A DNA stretch of 64,000 bases from Octopus sinensis (taxonomy: Eukaryota): assembly GCF_006345805.1 (NCBI RefSeq), contig NC_043004.1, positions 77,872,001 through 77,936,000 of the forward strand, written 5' to 3'. This document shows positions 51,130 through 63,282 of this stretch, piece after piece (positions within the stretch are counted from its first letter, which is position 1; each line of letters opens with the position of its first letter). The translations under genes and the position numbers were made by a program. Under the pieces are notes generated by a model. The model ran no database searches, had not been told where the DNA came from, and worked only from the letters and a program-made list of their open reading frames with translations.

Positions 51130-51785
51130 AGCAATGAGCTGGCAGAGTCGTTAGCATGTTAGACAAAATACTTAGCATTTCTTCTTTACATTCTGAGTTC
51201 AAATTCTGCCAAGGTCAACTTTATCCTTTCAGTGTTGATAAAATAGACACCAATCAAATACTGGGGGTCAAGTTAATTGACTTGGCTCCTAAATTCCTAG
51301 GCTTCTGCCAAAATTTGAAACCATTATTATAATTAAGAAGGAAGTAAGTGGACAGAATTGTCAGCATGCTCAGAAAAATGGTTAGCGGCATTTTGTCTGT
51401 CTTTATGTTCTGAGTTCAAATTCCACTAAGGTCGACTTTGCCTTTCATCCTTTTGGGATCGATAAATTAAATACCAGTTGCATACTGGGGTCAATCTAAT
51501 TGACTGGCCTCTCCCCCAAAATTTCGGGCCTTGTGCCTGAAGTACAAAAGAATATTTCTATAGAATAAGGCAGCAAGCTGGCAGAAACATTAGCACGCTG
51601 GGTGAAATGCTTAGCGATATTTCATCTGTGGCTACGTTCTGAGTTCAAATTCCATCAAAGTTGACTTTGTCTTTCATCCATTCGGGATCAATAAATTAAG
51701 GACCAGTTGAACACTGGGAGCGATGTAATCAACACTTCCCGCCCCGCCCCAAAATGGCTGCCTTTGTGGCAAAATTTGACACTAT
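51130..51785 (+). mobile_element. Three tandem SINE family A copies
   Basis: Heads at about 51133, 51340 and 51568. Confidence 0.8.
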
Positions 51786-52705
51786 CATTTTTATTATTAT
51801 TATTATTATCATAATGATGGTAGTAAAATAGAAATATGTCAGTAAAACAAGAAGGAGAAAGGAAGACAAAAAAGCAGATCTTATATGTATTTCAACACAC
51901 ACAAACACAAGGATACATTGCTGGTTAAAGACAAAAGCATATTTTCCCTTTAAATTAAAATGCACTTTCTTTAAAATTTATTAAGTCAGTGGCAATTAAT
52001 TAAAACTGACTTTGAAATAAAATAGTCTGCCTCGAAAACAATTTCAAATTTAATATTAGTTAGAAGAGCAGGGGAAATATGCAAAGGTAAATTAATTATA
52101 GCTTGCTGTATTTTTTTCTCTTAAATTATTTTATGAGTTAACGAGAAATAGAGGAGCAGTGCACCTGACCTTTGCAACCTCTCTAAGATTGATGTGGCTG
52201 ATATCCCAACCTTACCTTCTATAATGGGGGGTGGATACAGGGAGGGTGGGGAGCCCAATTAATATTACAATGTTCCAATCTGTTTCATAAATTACAGACA
52301 TATTTGGATTAATCATTATACTCTTCTGGTACCATTCTATTTGAAACCATCTTTGGTCTTCTTGTACAAAACTGTCCTTGTTATGTTCATTTAGTTTCAC
52401 ATTTATTTTTTCTATGCTAGCATGAGTCAGATGAGTACATTATTGAGACATTTTTACAGCTGGATGCTTTTCCTGCCACTAACCTTCAGCTGCTTATCAA
52501 GCAAGGTAGCACTTATTCCAGATGTCTTCAAATGTGGCAAAGCCAGCACTCAGTGTGATTGCTTGAAACTGAATGATTCTACCAAATTCATCCAGAAGGC
52601 TATAGTAGAAAACACTTGCCCATGGTGCTATGCATGGATACTGAACCCAAAAATACATGGTTGCAAAGTGAACTTCTTAACCACAGTCATGTCTGCACCT
52701 ATATA

Positions 52706-52905
52706 TATGAGGGGGTACCGAAAAGTTCTTGGCTTTGGGTAAAAGAAAATGACTTTATTCAACATATTCCCCTCTCAGATTCACATGCTTATTGCAGCGG
52801 TCCTTCAGTTTTTCTAAACCCTGTAAAAGAACTCAGAAGGTTGGGCCTCCAACTAAGCCATTCATAATACTCTTAAAGCCTGGAACTTTTCAGTGTTTCC
52901 TCATG
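52706..52905. mobile_element. Mariner-type MITE
   Basis: TIRs tatgagggggtaccgaaaagttc / gaacttttcagtgtttcctcatg. Confidence 0.65.
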
Positions 52906-52959
52906 TGTGTATGTATGCATGTATGTATTCATGTATCTATCTATATATATATATATATA

Positions 52960-53153
52960 TATAATTAATCAAAGCGTGAAAACACAAAGAGAAAACACAA
53001 CAACGCGAGGACGTAGAACAAATATAGTATTATTGGACACTCAGGAAGGAAGGTTTTACATTTCGAGCGGAGCTCTTCATCAGAAACATAGAAAAAGGAA
53101 AAGTCCAAGGAAGGGAAGAGGGAGAAAGAAAATCGCCAACGATACACACGCGG

Positions 53154-53156
<3 letters not shown>
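52960..53156 (-). mobile_element. About 190-bp Penelope-like-derived unit carrying a hammerhead, between (TA)n runs
   Basis: Unique-looking unit flanked by (AT)n on both sides; contains the 53053-53087 ribozyme. Confidence 0.45.
53053..53087 (-). ncRNA. Minimal type-I hammerhead ribozyme
   Basis: Minus strand: GUUU-CUGAUGA-A-GAGC-ucc-GCUC-GAA-AUGU-A-AAAC. 4-bp stem I, 4-bp stem II, GUA triplet; stem III reads AUGU instead of the palindrome ACGU. Confidence 0.7.
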
Positions 53157-53189
<33 letters not shown>

Positions 53190-53429
53190 TGCTAGCATAG
53201 AAAACGGACATTAAACAATGATGATGATATTTTGATTTAATATAGAAAGCTGTGCGCAATGTTTTACCAAAAAGGAAAACTATGGTTGTCACTAAATGTG
53301 ACTAGGCTGTTGGAACACCTACATTGCTAGAAATAAGAGCTCTTTATTCTAACAACCCAGGTGTTCTAACACCTGAGTCACATTTAGTGACAATTATATT
53401 ATATATAAACAATGGAAGTAATATTAATA

Positions 53430-53660
53430 CCAAAAGACAATTGGTGTCAGCTGCTGATGGTGGTGCAGCGTCTGTTGTGGCTGGACTGGTTCACACAGGA
53501 GTGGCAGTCACACATACAATGATTGCATTTGAAGGAGTTCTCTGCTAGTGCTGCTGATTTTTCCTTCTCTGTACTTTTCTTTGATGGCAAGCACCTGTTT
53601 CTCTTCTGCTCCTTTCGTTCTTTTTCGCAGTGTTTACCTCCAGTGTGGGCGATCATTTGC
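53430..53660 (-). pseudogene. Decayed RTE/BovB-like extreme C-terminus (Cys/His finger)
   Basis: WEEIANDRPHWR*.. then frameshift to FKCNHCMCDCHSCVNQSSHNRRC. Confidence 0.55.
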
Positions 53661-54700
53661 AATCTCCTCCCATCTCAGGACGTCTATACACACACACACA
53701 CACACACACATATATATGAGGAAATGACAAGGGACCTGGAGTTGTGGTGATTTGCTGTACTTGAGAAGATGCATCAACCTAAGTCAAGTCGCTGCCATCC
53801 ATACATACAGGCTTGTCCTTTACAGGAGCTGGTGCCACATAAAAGGCACTCATGCTGGTGCTATTTGTTTGTTTGTTTGTTTGTTGAGCGAAGTGGTCTT
53901 CGTCCCAGAGTGGGAGAAGTCCGAAATGTGGTCCTTTGCTATTCATAAGACCTGCAGAAGAGAAAGCAGGTCAACCCTCGACACCGAGAGCATCGACGGA
54001 TGGATGAATGCGCATCCAGGCTCAGCAGTTGCGTAGGAAGTTGGGGACAAGAAACAGGAAGAAAGAGTGAGAGAAAGTTGGAGCGAAAGAGTACAACAGG
54101 GGTCACCACCACCCCCTGCCGGAGCCTTGTGGAGCTTTAGGTGTTTTCGCTCATGCTGGTGCTGTGTAAATGCACCCATGCCAGTGGCACATTAAAAAGC
54201 GCTTAGCACACTCTGTAAAATGGTTGGCATTAAGAAGGGCATCCAGTTATAGAAACCATGGCACAACAGACAACTGGAATCTGGACAGCTCATGCCAGCA
54301 CAGAAAACAGACATTAAACAATGATGATGATGACGATATTATACATATATATATATAACATTTAAATAATGAGGGAGATAAATTGAATATTAATTTATTT
54401 AATATCAATTGAAATCCAGTAGCCTAGCATACAAAAATCTGAAAAATCAGAAAAAATTTCAATACATGTGTATATCTTGCCCATCTATGTTCTGGTGTTC
54501 GCTGAATTTTCTCTGGAGAACATTTTTTTCTTTGTAGTTAGATCGTATGTGATCTTCTTCTAGCATATGACTATCCACCTAGTGGATTTTTTAGCCCTAA
54601 ATATACATATATACTTTTTCTATTCCTGAGCGTTATACTAATACATCTGTTTGTTTTGTACACCACCTGTCTTCGTCTTTTGTTTTTTCGTAAACTCTCC

Positions 54701-54760
<60 letters not shown>

Positions 54761-55355
54761 ATACATACACACACACACCAAGAATGCTACTACTATTGGT
54801 ATCAAAGAACTGAAGAGGTTAATGATAAACCTTAAAGTGAGGAGTAAAACAAAAACAAAACCAGGCAACTGAGTTCTTCTTTAGGAGGAGCAGTCAGAGG
54901 TAGGAAGATCATCAAAAACTTTGCAATTAACAAAAATGATGAAAATTATTTAAAATCATAAATACAGTTATAAACTGACTGTATTCAATGTTATTTCTGC
55001 ATCTTTTGATGCATCTGTATTAAAACGTTACATGTCTTTGAGGGGAAAGAAAATGGAATAAAAGACATTTGGCTTTCTACAGATAATGATGTTTCTTCAT
55101 TAGAATTCTTTTTTTTTTTTAATAATTAGCCACAAACATTGATTTCTTTTTAATAAATTTTCATATCTGCATTTTCCCCTTTTAGCATTTAAAAATAAAT
55201 GATTAAAATTTGTTGAAAATTTGCATATTTTCCTGTTTTGCTAATTCTACAGGGTCTGTCTTAAAAGGAGTGAAGCTTTTAAAACAGCAGAGTCATCAGC
55301 TGGTGGAGCATCCTTGCAACTGTAGTTGTGTATGGCTTTCCTTGACCATCAGTCT

Positions 55356-55402
<47 letters not shown>

Positions 55403-55406
<4 letters not shown>

Positions 55407-55830
55407 CCTTTCTATTATAGGCACAAGGCCCAAAATTTCAAGGGAAAGGGGCTTGTCAATTACATCAACCTCAGTGTGTAACTGGTACTTATTTAATCAA
55501 CCCTGAAAGGATGAAGAGCAAAGCTGACCCCAGCAGAATTTGAATTCAAGATATAAAGACGGACACAATATCCCTAAGCATTTTCTCTGGCAAGCTAACA
55601 ATTCTGCCAGCTTGCTGCCTAAATAATTCTACTATAGGCACAAGACCTGAAATTTGGCGGGGGGGGGGGGGGGCAAGTGTGCAGTTGGTACATATTTTAT
55701 TGACTATAAACGGATGAAAGGCAGAGTTGCCCTCAGCAGAATTTGAACTCAGAATGTAAACAGCCAGAAGAAAAGCTGGTAAGCATTTTTGCCCAGTGTG
55801 CTAATGATTCTGCTAGCATGCTGCCTAAAT
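55403..55830 (-). mobile_element. Two tandem SINE family A copies
   Basis: About 55403-55620 and 55625-55830. Confidence 0.8.
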
Positions 55831-55842
55831 AATAATAATAGC

Positions 55843-55933
<91 letters not shown>

Positions 55934-55936
<3 letters not shown>

Positions 55937-56307
55937 GTAATGTAAAAATTTCATGTGGCATTTTCCAGGGTGACTCACTATCACTCTTTTGTTTAGCCTT
56001 AATACCTCTCTCAAAATTGCTCAATGATGCACAGTACAGATATAAAATGCTGGATAAAAATATAAATCATCTCATTTACATGGATGATTTAAAGCTCTTT
56101 GCAAAAAATGACCAACAACTCAAGGGCTTACTAGCGATTGTTAAACAATTCAGTGATGACATCATAATGCAATTTGGCCTCGATAAATGTGCAAAAGCTA
56201 CCTTTATCAAAGGAAAAATGACAGAAACATCTAATGTTAACCTTGACCAGCAGAATGTCATAAAAGAGTTAGACCCAGCGGGGAGCTACAAGTACCTAGG
56301 GGTATGA
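55934..56307 (+). pseudogene. R4/Dong-clade reverse transcriptase fragment embedded in (TAA)n
   Basis: GIFQGDSLS-LFCLALIPLSKLL..INHLIYMDDLKLFAKND..VKQFSDDI.MQFGLDKCAK..YKYLGV. Confidence 0.85.
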
Positions 56308-57739
56308 TGATAATAATAGTAATAAATGCCTTGATGCAGTACCAGACAGTAGCTCTCATGGCTTCTGATCTTAACTGATTGGAAGTGTTATCATGTACAT
56401 TGTTTTGTCTTGGTATAAAAGATGGGCTACAGCAAATATTCTGCTCAACTAGTTTTGCAAAGTGATTTAGATTGGACAAGTCATGAGCCAAGTCACCTTG
56501 CATCCACATCAATTTTAATGGTAATTCTATATCAAACCCTAATGATTCTGCATTTAACACTGGTGGTTTTGCATCAAACGCTGGTTTTTAGTGATTTTAG
56601 TTGTTATTTCTAGATAGACCAGCTGATAACATCTACAGTGAAACAAATCTGAATTCTATTTCAATATCACAGTGTGAGAAAAAAAAAAATCAGAGATCTC
56701 ATTTTTCAAAATTAAAATTTCATGATGACCAAAAAAAAAAAAACAAATGTTTGAATTGTTTCAATAAATTATCAACTTTAAAAAAAAAGGTTGTAAGAAA
56801 GTTTATGAAACAAGCAGAATTAATTGAGAATTTTTGATTAATGAGAATAACCAAATGAAAAACAAAAACCTTAACGTTAAAATATGGCTGAGTGTTCCTG
56901 GAACTAAATTAGAAACCAGAAAAAAATAGATTTGATCCGATAAACTGAAAGATTCCGTTTGTTGATTCTGTACACAATAAAATGTGTGTGTAATCAATTT
57001 TAACATAAACAAATCTTCATAATATTAACAAGGTATTATTAAAATTTACTGACAAGTATAGAGGCAATGATAAAGGTTTATGTATGAGACGGTTTGGCAC
57101 AGCTGTTTTGGCGCTGCCATTTTGGCATCAGCGATTCAATTCAGACTTATTTGACTTCAGATGTTTTATGTTTCTTCCTTCATTCTCTCCCCACTCTCTC
57201 TCTCTTTATGTGTGTGAGCATCTAGTTAGGTTTGCATATATGCATTGTAATGTCTCTCTATCTCATTCATTTTCTGCGTACACATGTACGTACATAATGT
57301 ATGTCTGTGTATGTTCACTTCCAATGCCAAAAAATACTGATGCTAAGAATGTCCAGGCAACAGTGCCAAACACTCAGCATCCAAAGAACCAATCATCACA
57401 TCCCATTAACAATCCATACCTGAAGTTCTTTGGAACCCCATGGTTCAGCAAGAGGTAGTCAGGGATTCCATGAGTATTAATGATAATGAGCTAATTAAAT
57501 GCAAATGATATTCTAAAAATCCTTTTTATGTTCAAATACCAACATCTGTAGATAATAAGGGAACACTATAGGTAGCAAAAAAGCCTTTTAATAGGGAATC
57601 ACAGGGGAATTTGGTCCAAACAAGGTTTTGGTTAAAGTGGAATTTCTTAAACCTTCTTCATGGTGCCTGATAGATTAGAGTGCTGTCAAGCATTTCAGAG
57701 GCTGTTATTTTCATGACTGTGAAGGTGAAGTAATGATAA

Positions 57740-57953
57740 TCCTTTTTATTATAGGCACAAGGCCTGAAATTTTTGGGGAAGGGACCAGTCGATTAGATTG
57801 ACCTCATTACACAACTGGTACTTATTTAATCGACCCCGAAAGGATGAAAGGCAAAGTTGACCTCAGTGAAATTTGATCTGAGAATGTAGTGGCAGACAAA
57901 ATACCACTAACCATTTTGCCCAGCATGCTAATGATTCTGCCAGCTTGCCGCCA
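57740..57953 (-). mobile_element. SINE family A
   Basis: Full head, core and tail. Confidence 0.85.
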
Positions 57954-58257
57954 TAGTGAAGAAATAATAACGACAGATGAAGAATCAAGATTGGTAAGAA
58001 ATGGGTGCAAGTGTGTGAAGAGGATAAAAATACTAATTAAAAAGCAATTAATTAGTATTGATGTTGAAATGGAACAGATCAACAGAATGGCAAAGTATTT
58101 TGATATTTGGGAAGTGTGAAAGAAAAATTTAATTCTATTTTAACTGGTGGTTCCCAACCGGGGTTCATATGACCCTTAAGGGATCCATAGAAGATTTTGT
58201 TATTCAAAATTAGGGGCATGAAATTGGTTATGCTTCTATAATACACAAAATATTTTT

Positions 58258-58642
58258 ATCCTTTTTATTCTTTTATTGGTTTCAGTCATTTGACTGTGGC
58301 CATGCTGGAGCACCACCTTCAGTTGAACAAATCAACCCCAGGACTTATTCTTTGTAAGCCAAGTACTTATTCTATTGGTATCTTTTGCTGAACCGCTAGA
58401 TTACAGGGATGTAAACACACCAACATTGGTTGTCAAGCAATGGCAGGGGACAAACACAGACACACAAACATACATACATATACGACAGGCTTCTTTCCAT
58501 TTCCTTCTACCAAATCCACTCACAAGGCTTTGGTCAGCCTAAGGCTATAGTAGAAGACACTTGCCCAAGGTGCCACACAGTGAGACTGAACCCAGAACCA
58601 TGTAGTTGGGAAGCAAGCTTCTTACCACACAGCCACACCTGA
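58258..58642 (-). mobile_element. SINE family B nested in a hAT-like MITE
   Basis: Full consensus in reverse orientation. Confidence 0.85.
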
Positions 58643-58671
58643 CAATTTTTTTTTTACAAATCCTAATAATA

Positions 58672-59834
58672 TCTTTATATATATAAAACTGAGAATGTGT
58701 GTCTGTCTGTGTGTTTCCCTAAAACTTGAGAACTACACAATCAATTTCATTCAAATTTTACACATGCCTTACTTAGGGTCCGGGGAGTGTCATCGGCAAA
58801 AGAAATGTTCAACTTTTTGCCTAGGGCGAGCCCACAGCAATATCATATCTTCTCCACTACGATTCCCTAAAACTTGAGAACTGCACAACCAATTTCATTC
58901 AAATTTTACACATGCCTTACTTAGGGTCCATGTAGTTTCATGGGCAAAAAAATGTTCAACTTCTTGCCTAGAGCGAGCCCATAGCAATATCATATCTTCT
59001 CCACTATTTCAGTATTATGTGTTAAAAGTGAAACAAAAACATTTCTCTATTTTATGTCAGATACTTTCACTTTAACAATAAAAATAATAATAACAATTGA
59101 ATTATATGTAGTAAGTAATAATTAAAATCAAACTAAAGTATAATATAACCGTAACATAGCAAAAGTAAAAATAGCAATTGGTATAAAATTGCATCAATGA
59201 TTTGAACTTGAATAAGTGGTTTCACATGAATGGGAATAAATTAAAAATAAAATTAGCGTGCAGAAATGGAATAGTCCAGATGGATAATAAAAAATAAAAT
59301 TAAAGAAAATACTATTGTCTATAAAGTATACAATGTAGAGAAAAAAGAAGATTTGAACACCTGGAGGAAAGCACCATCGAAAAGTGTCTTGGTGCGACTA
59401 TGAAAGATATCTAACCAGAGGCGGTAAATTTGCCACAATAGAAGCAAGGTTCGAGTCAACGGAGCGTGCAAGGGAGTACTCGACTCGAACTTGCAAAGTG
59501 GAAATATTTTATTTTTACCTATATATCTGGGACGTAGGACGTGCAGGATAAAAATTAAAAATGCCCCCCACCCCCAGAAGTTGAGGTAGGCTGGATTGTA
59601 GTCACACTTCTATACAAGAGGGAGGACAAGATACAATTGATCGAAATTGCAAGAGACGGGCTTACAATTTCAGTCTGTTATATATTTTGAGTATTGTTAT
59701 CACTAGCGATATCAAGATATAACTTTGTATTTTGTATTTTATGTGTAGATGTATATATATAGATGTACATGTAATATTACACATATATACATGCACTAGC
59801 ACTATGACCCGGCAACTATGGGTCATAATGCTAG
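58672..59834 (+). mobile_element. Complete non-autonomous Helitron (about 1.16 kb)
   Basis: A|TC 5-prime end (tctttatatataaaa); 3-prime hairpin tatgaccc/gggtcata and CTAG|T terminus; internal ~149-bp tandem duplication at 58716-59008. Confidence 0.85.
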
Positions 59835-59976
59835 TTTAATTATAAAAATACAATAGTATTTTTTCATTATCAAATAGCTATGGCGATCCAATAAAGAAAA
59901 ATGAGAATCTAAAGGATTCATAGGGAAAAAAAATAGTTGAAAACCACTGGTTTAAACAAGAATTGTTATAAATCAT

Positions 59977-60341
59977 GGCATTCTGTCAGTTATGATGATG
60001 AGGGCTCCAGCTGATCAACGGAACAGTCTGTTCGTGAAATTAACGTGCAAGTGGCTGAACGCTCCACAGACACATGTACCCTTGCGGAAATTCAGTGTGA
60101 CACAGAATGTGACAAGGTGGGCCCTTTGAAATACAGGTACAACAGAAACAGGAAGAAAGAATGAGAGAAAGTTGTGGTGAAAGAACACAGCAGGGTTTGC
60201 AACCACCCCCTGCCGGAGCCTCGTGGAGATTTGGGTGTTTTTGCTCAATAAACACTCACAGCGCCTGTTCTGGGAATTGAAACCACGATCCAATGACAAT
60301 GAGTTCGCTGCCCTAACCACAGGGCCATTGTGTCTCCACTA
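59977..60341 (-). mobile_element. tRNA-derived SINE family D
   Basis: Minus head gtggagacacaatggccctgtggttagggcagcgaactc..gtggtttcaattccc; partial copies at about 25495-25625, 15280-15330 and 54040-54155. Confidence 0.7.
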
Positions 60342-60348
60342 TTTTAAA

Positions 60349-60596
60349 TATTGGGTTGGTGTATAATTATTGCAGCTTTTGTTCAACAAATTTTACTCCA
60401 CAAAAACAATAACATGTAACAAAAACATCTTTAAATGATTATTCCGGAGTATATTCACCATCTACTTCAATTACTGCTTCCCATTTGCTTGGCAGATGGT
60501 CAGGCCGTCATTTAAATATGTTTTTGGTATTGTTATTGTTTTTATTGAATAAAATTTGTTGAAAAAAAGCCACAATAATTCTGCACCATCTCAATA
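60349..60596. mobile_element. Mariner-derived MITE with a transposase C-terminal remnant
   Basis: ~45-bp TIRs tattgggttggtgtataattattgcagc / gccacaataattctgcaccatctcaata; minus frame RPDHLPSKWEAVIEVDGEYTPE*. Confidence 0.75.
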
Positions 60597-60608
60597 GATT
60601 CAGTGTGT

Positions 60609-60812
60609 AAACATGGCTGACTTATGATTGACAATATGTAAATATGACTGGCTTATGAGTGACAATATGTAAACACAGCTGACTTTTGACTGACAATATA
60701 TAAACATGGCTGACTTATAACACACAATATGTAAACATGATTGGCTTATGATTGACAATATGTGAACATGAGTGGTTTATGATTGACAATATGTGAACAT
60801 GAGTGACTTATG
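60609..60812. repeat. 31-bp minisatellite, about 6.5 units
   Basis: Consensus aaacatggctgacttatgattgacaatatgt. Confidence 0.9.
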
Positions 60813-61517
60813 AATGATTTATGACTGATCACCCTACTACAGCTATATCAAAACAAACATCAAAACTTCATTTGTAGTTCAGTTTCTTCACAAGAAATTT
60901 AATTTCAGGCGCCAAGTTATGGAGAAGAGGAATATTGAAGTGAGGTGATTGTGTACCATATATTACTGGTACTTAATTAATTGATGCTAGAGGAATTTGG
61001 ATCCAGAGTGTAAGGGAATGGATATAAAATCTCAAGGCATTTAATCCAGCACTCTATTATCCACCTAATGATAATTATAATGAAGGGGAAGCGAAAGGAG
61101 TGGGAAGAGGAGGAGGGGAGAAGAAAGAATAAAAGGAGGAGGAGGAGAAGAAGGGTGAGGGGAGAAGAAGAAGAAGACTAAATGCAGGCTATAATAACAG
61201 TAAAGTGGAACTAAATCCAACACTCTTATTATTCAAATAATAATAATAATAATAATCATTATTATTATTACGACAAAGAGGAGGAGCAGAAGATGAAGGA
61301 GAAGACGTAATGAAACCTATGGCATCAGTAAACTGGGAGTAAATAATGAATTATTTGGTGTTAGAGTTGTGGAGTTTCTAACATGATTATTTAGACAACC
61401 TATTGATTAGAATAGCAGGGAAGTGGATTGTATTTCATTCTGGCTGAATAAACAAAAATATAAACAGATCTACTATTAGATGTAGAGAGAGAGAGACTAG
61501 GATAAGAGGCCACTTAC

Positions 61518-61623
61518 TGCATTTGAAGCGTCTGCTGCAAGTCGTGCTGCATAGCGCACGATCAAGCGGTGTTCATCATCGATGCGGGTTGTGTCTCCTA
61601 TACTAGCATTCAGTTTACTCGGA
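61518..61623 (-). CDS. Dyb: Dystrobrevin internal coding exon (syntrophin-binding region just before the coiled coils)
   Basis: Acceptor ttgttgattttccag, donor GCA|gtaagt; 106 nt, phase 2 to 0, open: (S)PSKLNASIGDTTRIDDEHRLIVRYAARLAADASNA. Matches the dystrobrevin motif RLDEEHRLIARYAARLAAE, not dystrophin DDEHLLIQHY; the donor falls where vertebrate DTNB reads AAEAGNV. Recognised from memory, no database search. Confidence 0.9.
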
Positions 61624-62590
61624 CTGGAAAATCAACAAGTGAAAAATAAATAAACAAGTTCAATAAACAATACATAGATAAATAAACAAGTTCAATAAAC
61701 AATACATAAATAAACAAAATGAATGAATAAAATAGAAAAATAGTGAAGTTATGGAAAAGGAAGTTATTAAACAGTTTGTCTACTCTGGTTTATTGTTTGT
61801 TGCCTTACGATTCGTTCGTTAGAAATTAAGAGAAAGAGAGAGAGGTGGAGACAGATGTAGAGATAGACATAGAGAAAGAGAGGCTGACAGAGATAAAAGA
61901 GAGAGGTACAAATGGAGAGAGACAGAGAGACAAACACAGAAGAAAGGGACAGAGATGGATAGACAAAAACAGAGAGAGAAACTGTAAATTAATTATTTGA
62001 ATTACTAATATACCAATTCAAAACTTGCCACTTATAAATCCACCCCTTTATTTTGAAGGGAGTTTTCCCTTTTTCTTGTGGTTCTTCTTTACTGTTTTAA
62101 AAAGCTGCCAAATATGGCAATGTGAGGTTCGGGAACAGCAAATTAACACGAAGAAACTTTCTGGTCAAAGACATAATGGACACTTTGAGAGCTAATTGAT
62201 TGGTTCAAATTTGATTGACTAATTAATTTAATGTTGGTATAAACCTACCCAGAACATTCTATAGACGTTGAGTAGAGATGTGGGTTGAGAAGACCCTTTA
62301 GTCTTGTCAAGGACAAGACAACTCCACTGGTGTTGGTGTCACTATAATTCCACCCAGGACATTCTACTACTACTACTACTACCACCACCACCACCACCAT
62401 AATGATGGATGAGTCCTGATATATGCAACCTTTACCCACCTACACTCAGTTCTTCATTCCCTACCCAGATCCTTAATTTTATTTCTTCCTTGCTCCATCC
62501 CAAACATTCCCATTCTCTCTTCTATAATGTGAGTATCCATGTAGCATCTCTACAATGAGAAACCTGCTCTGGACCCTCCTCCCTTTAATC

Positions 62591-62845
62591 CAGAGGTTCT
62601 CAATCAGAATCAACCCTTGGGGAGGTGGGGGTGCATATAACACTTTAGGGGGTCCATATAAGATTTTGTTAAAATTCATGTCCAACAAATTGTTCATACT
62701 TCTACAATGCACAAAATATTTTAATTTCTTTTTTACACAACTCCCAATAATATTGAATTATAAAAATATAGGGGGATTTTTTTAAACATCGACTGGCTAA
62801 TAGGAATCAGAGGGGCCCATAGGTAAAAAAGGTAGGAAACCACTG
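62591..62845. mobile_element. hAT-like MITE
   Basis: TIRs cagaggttctcaa / taggaaaccactg; 8-bp TSD ctttaatc/ctttaacc. Confidence 0.75.
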
Positions 62846-63071
62846 CTTTAACCCTTTTGATACCAACCCACCTAAGACTGCTCATGATTCTATGATACAA
62901 ACTGCACAATTAAAATTATCTAACTCAAAATTTTCAAAATTTTCATTTTATTTATGTGCCAAACATCAGCTTAATAAAAACAAAATTATTCTACAAAATT
63001 CTTCATTATTTTCAAAATAAATTGAAACAAGAGCAGTGTATCATCATCATTTTATTATTATTATTATTATT

Positions 63072-63282
63072 AAGTAGTTTTATTTTTATAGCATGCTCTC
63101 ACTTCACAACCGAGCACAGCTCTGTGTGCCTTGGGTATTTGCTGTGATTTGTTGTGATGCTTTGATGGTTACTGTATTGAAAGTGTTTTGCATAGGATGT
63201 GTGCAATGCCTAGTAGTGCAATTTTCTGTATGTTATATGTGTTTGTAAGTCCTGGTGTTTTTGTTATGTATTTGTCTGAATA

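Larger units (their letters stand above)
58145..59949. mobile_element. hAT-like MITE split by a SINE B and the Helitron
   Basis: Termini tggtggttcccaacc / gttgaaaaccactg; degenerate 8-bp TSD attttaac/gtttaaac; internal sequence matches 62591-62845. Confidence 0.65.

Noticed and set aside
52214-52280. Minus-strand exon-like unit with a GAAG|gtaagg donor
   Set aside because: Poor acceptor and the peptide is not dystrobrevin-like.
55789-55933. Poly-Asn N-terminus fused to the RT ORF (172-aa ORF)
   Set aside because: Chance in-frame read-through from a SINE head and (AAT)n; only the RT part is homologous.
60609-60812. Possible CRISPR-like array
   Set aside because: Contiguous tandem units without unique spacers, in a eukaryotic context.
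61518-61623. Assignment of the exon to dystrophin or utrophin
   Set aside because: HRLI.RYAARLAA is the dystrobrevin motif; dystrophin has HLLIQHYCQSL.
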